A stretch of DNA of 64,000 nucleotides from Chrysomallon squamiferum (taxonomy: Eukaryota > Animalia > Mollusca): NCBI GenBank assembly GCA_012295275.1, contig CM022676.1, positions 2,170,001 to 2,234,000 of the forward strand, given 5' to 3'. The notes under the pieces were generated by a model. The model worked only from the letters and a program-made list of their open reading frames with translations. It had not been told where the DNA came from and searched no databases. Numbering within the stretch: position 1 is the first letter of the stretch; each line of letters begins with the position of its first letter. Position numbers and translations under genes: made by a program. Shown in pieces: positions 37,302 to 62,548 of this stretch.

Positions 37302-38636
37302 TAATATATCTTTCTGTTGTAAAAAAATTAAAGCTATGAAGTATATTTTTATATTGCTGGGAGGGGTGATTACATTATGAATGTAACCAGTTATTGACTT
37401 GGAACAAAAGTACAGAGAAATTTTAGTGAAATCCAAAGACGATATTTATAGATTTGTATATAGATACATACACTCATATATGTGCCATTTTGTTCAAGTT
37501 TCAGAATATATATTTGTCATATAAAACTTCAAGTTGTGTGTTAATCAAAATCAAATGTTATGCTGCAGTCTATTAAAAACACCCACAACAAACTTTGATT
37601 CCAAGTACTTTAGAACTGTATTGAAAAATGTAGGATTATGAGTATGATTATTAGGAAAGCACATATAACTGATTATAATTAGATAAATTATTACATGTAA
37701 TTATGATTACTTTCATGATTAAGGATGTTTATGCAAAATTATTTTTTCATTGACCCTTTAACTTTCTATTTTCATCTCCTGTATCTTCTGTTACTTTCTA
37801 CCCATAGTTTGGTTTGGTTGTCAGTTATCTTCTTATAAAGATAAAAATGTGCAACATCTTAGGTCATTTTGAGAAAATAACCATTTTGTGATGGGTTAAT
37901 AATTTATGACAAATATTGAAAATATTACAGTATTTATAACAGTTATTCAAGTATTTTGTAGACTTTTGGCTAGTAATATTAATTTTGTGCATACCTGTGC
38001 AATGAAAATAATCATTTGGATTACATCATCATGATCACAACTGTTTTTGTCAAGATCTAAAAATGTCATTACTAATCAATAGTTCAACATCTTTCAAAAT
38101 TAACAAATTCATTTTAAATATTATCACAAAGAGCCATCAAATAAAGCAATTTGGTTGTCTGTATTTTTACAGAAGTGGACCTGTACCACCTTCCATCCTT
38201 TCATATCACATAATATGTATCTGAACTCACACTGGTTTGGATATTCTCAGGGGCATCAAAACCATCTCATTTTGGTGAACTTAACTTTTTGACCATCAAT
38301 ATTATTATTATTATTTTTTTTTTTTCTTAAACAACAGTTTTGGGAAAAGTTTTTCAAAACCAAACTATCATGTTTATCTCAGTGGGAAACACAGAAATGA
38401 CTTGTTTTTTCTAGCCAGTCAGTTGGCAAGTGTGGCATCAGTATTTTCTTTTCTGTATGTGACAAAAATTGTCATGACAGTTTTTTATTGCTATATAAAC
38501 ATTATGAATCCAATTTAACTTTTGTTTGGGACTTACATACCAACATTTATAAATGTTCTCTTTCAGCATTAGTAACTCACATATTCGATGATGGAATTGA
38601 TTTGTTTGGTGTTTAATCATGGATGTCTATATGAGG

Positions 38637-38717
<81 letters not shown>

Positions 38718-38761
38718 GTGTGTCCGTTTCGTAATTTACCTCACACACACACACACACACT

Positions 38762-38794
<33 letters not shown>

Positions 38795-39716
38795 CTTTCA
38801 CAAAGTAATCCTGTTTGTTGTTATTTCCTTTTCTTTCTTTTTTTTATTTCTGTAAAAAAAAAAAAAAAATAGTTTTGTTACAGTATGTAACACATTTCTT
38901 CTAACGAATATATTTAACTGCATGGTCGTAACTACACTGAGGCAAATGAAGTTAATGAGGCATGCCGAAATTGACGGTTTTTATTTTTGTTTCCAAATAT
39001 AAAATATAAATCTCTATTACGACAGAGGTCATATACATTTTTTTTTTTTTTTTTTTTTTTTTTTGCTCTTGTTTTTTGTTTTTATTCTGTGGTTTTATGA
39101 AATTAAATATGAAAATATACTTATACATACAACATGATCCAGGACAACCGACACCTCAGCCGTTGATAGATGGGTTCACATTGAGATCATCTGTGACAAA
39201 TAATATTTACGTGTTTGGTGTCTTGCCTTAACAACTCTATCGGTCGCAGTGAAAGAGATTATTACGCTAATAACACATTCAACACAATGACAGGAAAAGA
39301 TTGATTATTTACATTAGTCATTATTTACATATTCACTGAGAAAAACGATGAAAACTGCTTTATAATTATACTCTTTCTCAGGCAACACATACACCTCATC
39401 CTCTTATAATCCACTAGTAGATAAAAGTTTATAATAGCTTTGTGATAAGTCAAAGATGAATTAATTCTAATAAGTTGCATGCATCATAATCACAGACTTC
39501 TGCAATAAATATATACTGCCAATACGTTTTCAGTTTAGTTTCACGTTTTTCGGAACATGAATAACTGTGCAGAAAAACACACAGAACATGACTTACTGTA
39601 AGTTGTCCTATATTTAGGTCAGATAACAGCCATAAGAAACGAATCATTAAATAGAACAAAGTGAAAAAGTTTAAAGTTTCTAGAAATATGTATTTGTCCA
39701 AGATAAAGAATAATTA

Positions 39717-39787
<71 letters not shown>

Positions 39788-41323
39788 TATTAATATACAA
39801 ACAAATTAATCACTTAATTGCATATTGATCGTGTAAGTGTAAAGGTATTGACATCTCTACTGTTTAATGAACTAATATTTACATGGCATTTGTTTAATAC
39901 AACAAATGAGTACATAGCGCGGACTGTGTACAAGTTATCCTGAGAAGAAAACACAGAATCGGGTACAAAACACAATACATGTCATTGAAACAAAAATAAT
40001 AATTATTAACTCAAGCATGCACACACGCATACAAATATATTTCTATTAAAAAAAAACATACGAAACACGCACACACACATACACAGAGACATTCACACAT
40101 GCATGGATTAACAAACCGGATCAAACACACACGCTCAAACACAAAGCACAAATAATCCTGTGGTAACAGATGTTATGTACACATTCTTGAAATGAAGAAT
40201 ATTATATTCCTTAATTTATTGCCTTTTTATTCTTCTCTTTCAAATTTCACCTCTGTCGATGATTCCTAAAAGCGTAAAAAATTAAAAAATTAAAAATATT
40301 GTTGTGTTGATATCTGAATTTCTATCCTGAGTGTTGCGTACAGAATTTAATATTAATTTATATAGTCAAATTGATATATAACAGTACAACAACAGTAGTG
40401 CAACAGTGGTAGTAGTAGTAGTAGAAGTAGTAGTAGTAAAAGCAAAAGTAGTAGTAGTGTTAATAATAACAGTTCGCTACAGAATACTACGCCTCTTTTA
40501 CTTGTTGCTCTGTTGATGGAACTCTGAGAAATTCTAATATCAAATAATATTACATGAGGTAGTAACCATTAAGGTATATTGCAATAATAAAATAATATTC
40601 GAGTAGACACTTGATATCACGAATAAATGTGGATGAATATTTATACCAAAAGTCCATTAAATTAAAAATTGATAAAAATAATAAAAATGTAATATTATAG
40701 CTCAGTGCTAAGGAATTAATTTGTGAAAATGTTATACCTTGATATTAAAGACCACTGAATTTTGACTCAAAAAATCAAAGGTATATTGTAAAATAATAAT
40801 GATGATGATGTTGATGATGATGATGATGACGATAATAATAATTAAAAGAAGAGGAAGAATAACAAAAAGATAAGAAAATAGCTATCATCATTATCATTAT
40901 TATTTTTTTTATTTTTTTATTTTTTTATTATTACTATTATTACTATTGTTGTTATCGTTGTCGTTGTGTTGTCCTTATTATTAGCTGTATTAGCATTAAA
41001 TTATTATTTATTTATTTTTTGTAACAATAGCATTAAGTTAATAACAGTAGACGACAAATCTGTATTCATGGAGTATAAAAATAAATCAGAAACACGCTTA
41101 AACATTGTTTCTCTGCTGTCATGGAGAACCTTTTCTTCTTTCTTTCTTCTTTTTAATTTCTTCGATAAAATAGACACTAATACGTGTGTTGATATAACAA
41201 CAACAAAAACAAAAACATCTGGTAAAAAGAGGTGCTTAAGCGATTGCTGAAAAAAAAAAACCAGTTTGAATGTAAATCGAAAATCTATTTAGACATAACA
41301 CAGTTTGAGTTTCAAATGACATC

Positions 41324-41754
41324 ATGGTAAGTCGCCAACCCACCAAAGCTATTTCTTTTTTTACGGTTCTTCTAATTTAACATTGTTTGATAGTGATAAA
41401 TTTGTTATTTATTTTTTTATTTATGTATGTATATATTTATATTCTGTTAATTTAGTTTATATTTCTATTTATTTAAATCAGTAATTAAATGATGAAGGCA
41501 TTATCATTAGTTCTGGTGGCAGCAACACATAATCAGTTGTTATTGTAGTAGTTATCATTTCTTCTTATTATTATTACTATTACTATTATTATTATTATTA
41601 TTAGTCGTAGTAGTAGTAGTAGTAGTAGTACTAGTAGTAACTGTATTTTTTTCTTTCTCTCTTTATTTAGTATGTAATTATGTCGTATCTGGGAATTGCA
41701 CAGTTTAACGAGAGTTATTATCGTAACCTGGACTTTGTTAAAAAACACATCTGA
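41324..41754 (+). pseudogene. Internally deleted GT14 (GCNT-like) copy 0
   Basis: It keeps the ATG|gtaagt exon (41324-41326) and most of intron 1. At 41680 it jumps, via a 4-nt filler TGTC, to the last codons YLGIAQFNESYYRNLDFVKKHI* (41685-41754). About 2.6 kb equivalent to 45861-48481 is missing. Confidence 0.9.
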
Positions 41755-41804
41755 TTATTTATTTATTTATTTATTTATCTATTTATTTATTTATTTATTT
41801 GTAT

Positions 41805-41839
<35 letters not shown>

Positions 41840-42219
41840 CTTATTTATTTATTAATTTAAATATTTATTTAATTATTTATTTATTTATATATTTATATAT
41901 TTATTTATTTATTTATTTACTTATATATTTATTTATTTATGAATTTATTTACTTATATACTTATTTATTTATTTATTTATTAGTTATTTTCACAGGTTTT
42001 AGAATACATCGTACTAATTAACTAACACACGTATTATTGTTAGAAACGTGTATATTACCTATTGATTTGTCTACACATATACTGAATACATATATTATTA
42101 TTAAAAGGCGACTAGTATAACCCATATTGTGTATACTTACGTGTTTTAATAGTATATTAACAAATACAGCTGACTTATATACACATATACCAGGCACGCT
42201 TCTCTGTTTTAACTACAGA

Positions 42220-42324
<105 letters not shown>

Positions 42325-42611
42325 CCATGTGTATTCCTCTCATTCGCTTGCATACATAAATCAAACATATCCACACGCCTCTGTTTATTTTTATTTTCTT
42401 GATACTTACAAAGTCTTCTATCGGTGAAATAATTTGCAAATCGATTAATGCACAGAGTCAAATTTGAAGATGCCAGTAAAGTTTATAGCGACATTGCTGA
42501 ATACACGCCCATCTGTGACGAGTTTGATGTTTAAAATAAGTTGGTTACTGTATCTTAACATTTGTCTATAAGTTCAGCATTTTTACAATTCAGTAATTCG
42601 GCTTCGTAACG

Positions 42612-42620
42612 ATGGTAAGT
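42612..42620 (+). other. Distal ATG|GTAAGT candidate start exon; repeated at 49305, 56016 and 62828
   Basis: CGATG|GTAAGTTT is present in every downstream/upstream block, including the diverged one after copy 3. Phase 0 matches GT14 exon 2. Confidence 0.45.
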
Positions 42621-43966
42621 TTAGTTTTATTTCATTTCTTTGTTACATACAACAGTATTTTAAAAGATCAGTCTATCCTCAAAATCCAGTTGTGGCCATG
42701 GATTGTCATCTAATAAATAACTTGAGAAGATTAATATCAACATAAAAGAGAACTAGATTTAATTAGTAAAACAAATAATTTGATTTTTCCTACAAAGCAA
42801 TTCCTCATAATTTTACTTTATTTTATTATTTTTTTATTTATTTAATTATTTATTTACTTTTTTATTGTTATTGTTTTTGTTTTTTTTTGTTAATGTAATT
42901 TTATTCATTTAAATATGAAAATATATTTACACATACATCATTAGTCTTGACAACCAATACCTCAGTCATCGATTGATGAGCTGGAATGGAAAAAATACAT
43001 TCAGGTCATCTGTGAGAAATAATTTTACGATGTAGATGTCTTGTCTTAACCACTAAATCGGTCGGAGTGAAAGAGATGTTCAAATACCACTCTTCTGAAC
43101 AGTCCAGCGTACATGGCTAACACATTCAACACAATGACAGGAAAAGACTGATTGTTTATACTCGTCATTATTTACATATTCACTAAGAAAAACGATGAAA
43201 ACTGCTGGATGTTTCTGTACAAGTCATGTTTTATAATTATACTTTTTCTCAGACAACATATACACCTCATCCTCGTACGATCATCAACGCTGTACTAGAT
43301 AAAAGTGACGAGCCAAGGATGAATTAATTCTGATGGAACATAATCACAACGTTCGCTTATTGATTATTTACAATAATTAAATAAATACTACCAGTACGTT
43401 AAGAAGCACTCTCACGCACAAAGATCCACACGCACGCACGCACATACGTTTAATACACAAGCTCTCTCGCACAAATAAATGACTTATCGTAAGTTGTCCT
43501 ATAGTTAGGTCACAGAACAAACATAACAAACAAGTAGTTAAGTAAAACAAAGTGAAAAAGTTTAACGTTTCCAAGAATATATATCTGTCCAACATAAAGA
43601 ATAATTATTATATTGTGAGAGAGAGAAAGACAGAAAATTATAAAGGGACAGAGATAGAGAGAGTGAAAGAAAGAGAGATATATTAATAAACAAACAAATG
43701 AAACACTTATTGATCTTGTAAGTTTATAGGTATTGACTGTCTAATATATAAATATGTGGATGACATTTGTTAATTCACAGATTGACTGATGAGTTGTGTA
43801 CAATAGAAGGTACATAACGCCGACTGTGTACAAGGTATCCTAAAAAACCCAACAGAATCAGGTATATAACATAACAGGTTTCATTGAAACAATACTAATA
43901 ATTATTAACTCAAGCATGCACACACTCCCACACACATATTTCCACAAGAGAAACCATACGAAACAG

Positions 43967-44007
<41 letters not shown>

Positions 44008-44445
44008 ACACAACACACACAAGCAGATACACACACACGCAGATTCATTCACACATGCATTGATGAATAAACAGGAGCAAATGCGCTTAAACACAAAGCA
44101 GAAATAATGCTGTGGTAACGGATGTTATGTACACCTTTTTGAAATGAAAAATATTTTAATCCTAAATTTATTGTCTTTTTATTCTTCCCTTTCAACTTTC
44201 AGCCTTATCGATGATTCATCAAAAGCTAAGATTAAGAAAATAATAATAAAGAAATAAATTAAAATAAATTAAAATGATTGTCTTACAAAACTTGATAATA
44301 TCAACATTATACAAGACATTGTTGTATTGATTTATACATATGTGTATTTCTATGTTGAGTATTGTGTACAGAATACAATCTTAATTTCTATAGTTAACAT
44401 TAAACGTACCTTTACAGAAACAGCGGTAGTAGTATGTGTGTGTGC

Positions 44446-44549
44446 ACATTTTCACAAATTAATTCCTTAGCAATGAAATTTAACATTACATGTTCATGAT
44501 TTTCATTAAGTTTTAATTTAACGGACTTTCCGCATAAACGTTCATCCAT

Positions 44550-44601
<52 letters not shown>

Positions 44602-44602
44602 A

Positions 44603-44661
<59 letters not shown>

Positions 44662-44867
44662 AGTTGCTGCTCTGTTTATATGTCTGAAAATGTTTTATAT
44701 TAAATATTAATACATTAGATAGTAATAATTACGGTATATTACAAAAATATATCACAAATAAAAATGGATGAACGTTAATATCGAAAGACAGTTTAATTAA
44801 AAATTAATTTAGATGATACAAATGTAATATTATAGCTCAGTGCTAAGGAATTAATTTGTGAAAATGT
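44446..44867. repeat. Fold-back inverted repeat with ~110-120 bp arms upstream of each intact GT14 copy (also ~51130-51534 and ~57848-58221)
   Basis: Left arm ACATTTTCACAAATTAATTCCTTAGCA...AACGTTCATCCATTTTT is the reverse complement of right arm AAAAATGGATGAACGTT...TGCTAAGGAATTAATTTGTGAAAATGT. Confidence 0.85.
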
Positions 44868-45453
44868 TATACCTTTATATTGAAGACCAATGAATTGTGA
44901 CTCAAAAAATCAAAGGTATATTGTAAATTAATAACGATGATGATGTTGATGACGATGATGATGACGATACTAATAATTAAAAGAAGAGGATAATAACAAA
45001 AAGAAGAGAAAATAGCTATCATCATTATCATTATTATTTTATTTATTTATTTATTTATATTAGTGTTATTACTATTGTTGTTATAGCTGTTGTTGTCGTT
45101 GTCGTTGTGCTGTCCTTGTTATTATTAGTGTATTAGCATTAAATTAGTATTTATTTATTTTTTGTAACAATAGCATTAAGTTAATAACAGTAGGCGACAA
45201 ATCTGTATTCATGGAGTATAAAAATAAATCAGAAACACGCTTAAACATTGTATCTCTGCTGTCATGGAGAACCTTTTCTTCTTTCTTTCTTCTCTTTAAT
45301 TTCTTCGATAAAATAGACTCTAATACGTATGTTGATATAACAAGAAAACATCTGGTAAAAAGAAGTGTTTAAGTGACTGCTGAAAAAAACCAAGTTTGAA
45401 TGGAAATCGAAAATCTATTTAAACATAACACAGTTTGAGTTTCAAATGACATC

Positions 45454-48551
<3,098 letters not shown>

Positions 48552-48595
48552 TTATTTATTTATTTATTTATCTATTTATTTATTTATTTGTGTAT

Positions 48596-48642
<47 letters not shown>

Positions 48643-48898
48643 TTTGTTTCTTTTTTTGTTAGTTATTTTCACAGGTTTTAGAATACATCGTACTAATTAA
48701 CTAGCACACGTATTATTCTTAGAAACGTGTATATTAACTATTGATTTGTCTACACATATACTGAATATATATATTATTATTAAAAGTCGACTAGTAAAAC
48801 CCATATTGTGTATACTTACGTGTTTTAATAGTATATTAACAAATACAGCTGACTTATATACACATATACCAGGCACGCTTCTCTGTTTTAACTACAGA

Positions 48899-49016
<118 letters not shown>

Positions 49017-50656
49017 CCCATGTGTATTCCTCTCATTCGCTTGCATACATAAATCAAACATATCCACACGCCTCTGTTTATTTTTATTTTCTTGATACTT
49101 ACAAAGTCTTCTATCGGTGAAATAATTTGCAAATCGATTAATGCACAGAGTCAAATTTGAAGATGCCAGTAAAGTTTATAGCGACATTGCTGAATACACG
49201 CCCATCTGTGACGAGTTTGATGTTTAAAATAAGTTGGTTACTGTATCTTAACATTTGTCTATAAGTTCAGCATTTTTACAATTCAGTAATTCGGCTTCGT
49301 AACGATGGTAAGTTTAGTTTTATTTCATTTCTTTGTTACATACAACAGTATTTTAAAAGATCAGTCTATCCTCAAAATCCAGTTGTGGCCATGGATTGTC
49401 ATCTAATAAATAACTTGAGAAGATTAATATCAACATAAAAGAGAACTAGATTTAATTAGTAAAACAAATAATTTGATTTTTCCTACAAAGCAATTCCTCA
49501 TAATTTTACTTTATTTTATTATTTTTCTATTTATTTAATTATTTATTTACTTTTTTATTGTTATTGTTTTTGTTTTTGTTTGTTAATTTTATTCATTTAA
49601 ATATGAAAATATATTTATACATACATCATTAGTCTTGACAACCAATACCTCAGTCATCGATTGATGAGCTGGAATGGAAAAAATACATTCAGATCATCTG
49701 TGAGAAATAATTTTACGATGTAGATGTCTTGTCTTAACCACTAAATCGGTCGCAGTGAAAGAGATGTTAAAATACCACTCTTCTGAACAGTCCAGCGTAC
49801 ATGGCTAACACATTCAACACAATGACAGGAACAGACTGATTGTTTATACTCGTCATTATTTACATATTCACTAAGAAAAACGATGAAAACTGCTGGATGT
49901 TGCTGTACAAGTCATGTTTTATAATTATACTTTTTCTCAGACAACACATACACCTCATCCTCGTACAATCATCAACGCTGTACTAGATAAAAGTGACGAG
50001 CCAAGGGTGAATTAATTCTGATGGAACATAATCACAACGTTCGCTTATTGATTATTTACAATAATTAAATAAATACTACCAGTACGTTAAGAAGCACTCT
50101 CACGCACAAAGATCCGCACGCACGCACGCACATACGTTTAATACACAAGCTCTCTCGCACAAATAAATGACTTATCGTAAGTTGTCCTATAGTTAGGTCA
50201 CAGAACAAACATAACAAACAAGTAGTTAAGTAAAACAAAGTGAAAAATTTTAACGTTTCCAAGAATATATATCTGTCCAACATAAAGAATAATTATTATA
50301 TTGTGAGAGAGAGAAAGACAGAAAATTATAAAGGGACAGAGATAGAGAGAGTGAAAGAAAGAGAGATATATTAATAAACAAACAAATGAAACACCTATTG
50401 ATCTTGTAAGTTTATAGGTATTGACTGTCTAATATATAAATATGTGGATGACATTTGTTAATTCACAGATTGACTGATGAGTTTTGTACAATAGAAGGTA
50501 CATAACGCCGACTGTGTACAAGGTATCCTAAAAAAACCAACAGAATCAGGTATATAACATAACAGGTTTCATTGAAACAATACTAATAATTATTAACTCA
50601 AGCATGCACACACTCCCACACACATATTTCCACAAGAGAAACCATACGAAACAGGT

Positions 50657-50688
<32 letters not shown>

Positions 50689-51241
50689 ACACCCACAAAC
50701 ACACACGCAGATACACACACACGCAGATTCATTCACACATGCATTGATGAATAAACAGGAGCAAATGCGCTTAAACACAAAGCAGAAATAATGCTGTGGT
50801 AACGGATGTTATGTACACCTTTTTGAAATGAAAAATATTTTAATCCTAAATTTATTGTCTTTTTATTCTTCCCTTTCAACTTTCAGCCTTATCGATGATT
50901 CATCAAAAGCTAAGATTAAGAAAATAATAACAAAGAAATAAAGTAAAATAAATTAAAATGATTGTCTTGCAAAACTTGATAATATCAACATTATACAAGA
51001 CATTGTTGTGTTGGTTTATACATATGTGTATTTCTATGTTGAGTATTGTGTACAGAATACAATCTTAATTTCTATAGTTAACATTAAACGTACCTTTACA
51101 GAAACAGCGGTAGTAGTATGTGTGTGTGCACATTTTCACAAATTAATTCCTTAGCAATGAAATTTAACATTACATGTTCATGATTTTCATTAAGTTTTAA
51201 TTTAACGGACTTTCCGCATAAACGTTCATCCATTTTTATTT

Positions 51242-51292
<51 letters not shown>

Positions 51293-51293
51293 A

Positions 51294-51328
<35 letters not shown>

Positions 51329-52121
51329 AGTTGCTGCTCTGTTTATATGTCTGAAAATGTTTTATATTAAATATTAATACATTAGATAGTAATAATTACG
51401 GTATATTACAAAAATATATCACAAATAAAAATGGATGAACGTTAATATCGAAAGACAGTTTAATTAAAAATTAATTTAGATGATACAAATGTAATATTAT
51501 AGCTCAGTGCTAAGGAATTAATTTGTGAAAATGTTATACCTTTATATTGAAGACCACTGAATTGTGACTCAAAAAATCAAAGGTATATTGTAAATTAATA
51601 ACGATGATGATGTTGATGACGATGATGATGACGATACTAATAATTAAAAGAAGAGGATAATAACAAAAAGAAGAGAAAATAGCTATCATCATTATCATTA
51701 TTATTTTATTTATTTATTTATTTATATTAGTGTTATTACTATTGTTGTTATAGCTGTTGTTGTCGTTGTCGTTGTGCTGTCCTTGTTATTATTAGCTGTA
51801 TTAGCATTAAATTAGTATTTATTTATTTTTTGTAACAATAGCATTAAGTTAATAACAGTAGGCGACAAATCTGTATTCATGGAGTATAAAAATAAATCAG
51901 AAACACGCTTAAACATTGTATCTCTGCTGTCATGGAGAACCTTTTCTTCTTTCTTTCTTCTCTTTAATTTCTTCGATAAAATAGACTCTAATACGTATGT
52001 TGATATGACAAGAAAACATCTGGTAAAAAGAAGTGTTTAAGTGACTGCTGAAAAAAACCAAGTTTGAATGTAAATCGAAAATCTATTTAGACATAACACA
52101 GTTTGAGTTTCAAATGACATC

Positions 52122-55254
<3,133 letters not shown>

Positions 55255-55298
55255 TTATTTATTTATTTATTTATCTATTTATTTATTTATTTGTGTAT

Positions 55299-55345
<47 letters not shown>

Positions 55346-55601
55346 TTTGTTTCTTTTTTTGTTAGTTATTTTCACAGGTTTTAGAATACATCGTACTAAT
55401 TAATTAACACACGTATTATTCTTAGAAACGTGTATATTAACTATTGATTTGTCTACACATATACTGAATATATATATTATTATTAAAAGTCGACTAGTAA
55501 AACCCATATTGTGTATACTTACGTGTTTTAATAGTATATTAACAAATACAGCTGACTTATATACACATATACCAGGCACGCTTCTCTGTTTTAACTACAG
55601 A

Positions 55602-55728
<127 letters not shown>

Positions 55729-57362
55729 CCATGTGTATTCCTCTCATTCGCTTGCATACATAAATCAAACATATCCACACGCCTCTGTTTATTTTTATTT
55801 TCTTGATACTTACAAAGTCTTCTATCGGTGAAATAATTTGCAAATCGATTAATGCACAGAGTCAAATTTGAAGATGCCAGTAAAGTTTATAGCGACATTG
55901 CTGAATACACGCCCATCTGTGACGAGTTTGATGTTTAAAATAAGTTGGTTACTGTATCTTAACATTTGTCTATAAGTTCAGCATTTTTACAATTCAGTAA
56001 TTCGGCTTCGTAACGATGGTAAGTTTAGTTTTATTTCATTTCTTTGTTACATACAACAGTATTTTAAAAGATCAGTCTATCCTCAAAATCCAGTTGTGGC
56101 CATGGATTGTCATCTAATAAATAACTTGAGAAGATTAATATCAACATAAAAGAGAACTAGATTTAATTAGTAAAACAAATAATTTGATTTTTCCTACAAA
56201 GCAATTCCTCATAATTTTACTTTATTTTATTATTTTTTTATTTATTTAATTATTTATTTACTTTTTTATTGTTTTTGTTTTTGTTTGTTAATGTAATTTT
56301 ATTAATTTAAATATGAAAATATATTTACACATACATCATTAGTCTTTACAACCAATACCTCAGTCATCGATAGATGAGCTGGACTGGAAAAAATACATTC
56401 AGATCATCTGTGAGAAATAATTTTACGATGTAGATGTCTTGTCTTAACCACTAAATCGGTCGCAGTGAAAGAGATGTTCAAATACCACTCTTCTGAACAG
56501 TCCAGCGTACATGGCTAACACATTCAACACAATGACAGGAACAGACTGATTGTTTATACTCGTCATTATTTACATATTCACTAAGAAAAACGATGAAAAC
56601 TGCTGGATGTAATTGTACAAGTCATGTTTTATAATTATACTTTTTCTCAGACAACACATACACCTCATCCTCGTACAATCATCAACGCTGTACTAGATAA
56701 AAGTGACGAGCCAAGGGTGAATTAATTCTGATGGAAGATAATCACAACGTTCGCTTATTGATTATTTACAATAATTAAATAAATACTACCAGTACGTTAA
56801 GAAGCACACTCACGCACAAAGATCCGCACGCACGCACGCACATACGTTTAATACGCTAGCTGTCTCGCACAAATAAATGACTTATCGTAAGTTGTCCTAT
56901 AGTTAGGTCACAGAACAAACATAACAAACAAGTAGTTAAGTAAAACAAAGTGAAAAAGTTTAACGTTTCCAAGAATATATATCTGTCCAACATAAAGAAT
57001 AATTATTATATTGTGAGAGAGAGAAAGACAGAAAATTATAAAGGGACAGAGATAGAGAGAGTGAAAGAAAGAGAGATATATTAAAAAACAAACAAATGAA
57101 ACACCTATTGATCTTGTAAGTTTATAGGTATTGACTGTCTAATATATAAATATGTGGATGACATTTGTTAATTCACAGATTGACTGATGAGTTTTGTACA
57201 ATAGAAGGTACATAACGCCGACTGTGTACAAGGTATCCTAAAAAACCCAACAGAATCAGGTATATAACATAACAGGTTTCATTGAAACAATACTAATACT
57301 TATTAACTCAAGCATGCACACACTCCCACACACATATTTCCACAAGAGAAACCATACGAAAC

Positions 57363-57443
<81 letters not shown>

Positions 57444-57960
57444 GATTCATTCACACATGCATTGATGAATAAACAGGAGCAAATGCGCTTAAACACAAAG
57501 CAGAAATAATGCTGTGGTAACAGATGTTATGTACACCTTTTTGAAATGAAAAATATTTTAATCCTAAATTTATTGTCTTTTTATTCTTCCCTTTCAACTT
57601 TCAGCCTTATCGATGATTCATCAAAAGCTAAGATTAAGAAAATAATAATAAAGAAATAAATTAAAATAAATTAAAATGATTGTCTTACAAAACTTGATAA
57701 TATCAACATTATACAAGACATTGTTGTATTGGTTTATACATATGTGTATTTCTATGTTGAGTATTGTGTACAGAATACAATCTTAATTTCTATAGTCAAC
57801 TTGAAACGTACCTTTACAGAAACAGCGGTAGTAGTATGTGTGTGTGCACATTTTCACAAATTAATTCCTTAGCAATGAAATTTAACATTACATGTTCATG
57901 ATTTTCATTAAGTTTTAATTTAACGGACTTTCGGCATAAACGTTCATCCATTTTTATATG

Positions 57961-57992
<32 letters not shown>

Positions 57993-59271
57993 CGTGTGTG
58001 TGTGTGTGTGTGTTTTGTTGCTGCTCTGTTTATATGTCTGAAAATGTTTTATATTAAATATTAATACATTAGATGGTAATGATTACGGTATATTACAAAA
58101 ATATATCACAAATAAAAATGGATGAACGTTTCTATCGAAAAATAGTTAAATTAAAAATTAATTAACATCATAAAAATGTAATATTATAGCTCAGTCCTAA
58201 GGAATCCATTTGTGAAAATGTTATACCTTGATATTGAACACCACTGAATTGTGACTCATTAAATCAAAGATACATTGTAAAATAATAAAAATGAAGAGGA
58301 AGAATGACGAGAAAAATAGAAAATAGCTATCGTTATGAACATTATTACTTGATTTATTTATTTATTGGTATTATTACTACTGTTGTTATAGTTGTTGTTG
58401 ATGTCGTCGTCTTTGTGCTGTCCTTGCTAAAATTAGCAGTGTTTGCATTAAATTAGTATTAATTTATTCATTGTAACAATAGCATTAAAGTATTCAAGTT
58501 AATCTACTTTCTTTTATTTTTTTCTTTTTTTTTTCTAATTATTTTGTTAATAACGGCAGACAAGAAATCTGTAGAAATAAATATCAAAAACAAATAATTC
58601 GAACTGAAAGCAATAAATCAGAAACACGCTTTAACATTATTTTAATACTGCTCTAGAAAATCTTTTATTGCCATTCATCATTTTAATTCTTTCGATACAA
58701 CAGAACGTAATACGTATGTTGATGTAACAAAAATACATCTGGTGAAAAGAACAGTTAAAGTGATTGCTGAAAAAAACCCCAGTTTGAATGTAAATGGAAA
58801 ATCTGTTTAGACATAACACAGTTTGAGTTTCAATTGACATCATAGTACACTGCCATGCTGTTGTTTCTTTTGTTGCGGTTATTCTTTTTTATTTTTGTTT
58901 TATTATTTATATTTTAATTCATTATTTTTATTCCTTGATAGATTAATTGATACATTGATCAAGTCATTTATTTATCTATTTATTCATTGTCATTCTTTTA
59001 ATTAATTTATATTTGTATTTATTTAAATCTGTAATTAAATGCTGGATGCATTAATATTAGTTCCGGTGGCAGCAACAGATAATTAACTGTTATTGTAGTA
59101 GTTATCAATTATTATTATTATTATTATTATTATTAGTAGTAGTAGTAGTAGTAGTAGTGGTAGTGGTGGTGATTGTTGTGGCTGTAGTAGTAATAACAGT
59201 AGTACAAAATAAACAGAATTGTTTTTATCTTTCTCTCTTTATTGAGTATGTAATTAATTTTTCTTTTCTAG

Positions 59272-62003
<2,732 letters not shown>

Positions 62004-62007
62004 TGAT

Positions 62008-62062
<55 letters not shown>

Positions 62063-62320
62063 TTATTTTCCTGGGTTTCGGAATGAATAGTACTAATTAA
62101 CGAACACTCTCATTATTATTAGTCATAGGAAGGTGTATATGGACTATTGATTTGCCTACACATATACTGAATATATGTCTCTGTTTTATAAGGTTATTAA
62201 AAGTCGACTAGTGCATTCCCATGTTGTGTATACTTACGTGTGTTCATACTATATTAACGGACGACTAATATACAGGCATACAGGGCACACTTCTGTGTTT
62301 TAATAGAAGATTAACTACCG

Positions 62321-62548
<228 letters not shown>

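Noticed and set aside
37700-38640. Possible DNA-transposon remnant ending in GAGGCC downstream of PIM
   Set aside because: No matching second terminus or coding remnant was found; it could be 3' UTR or intergenic DNA.
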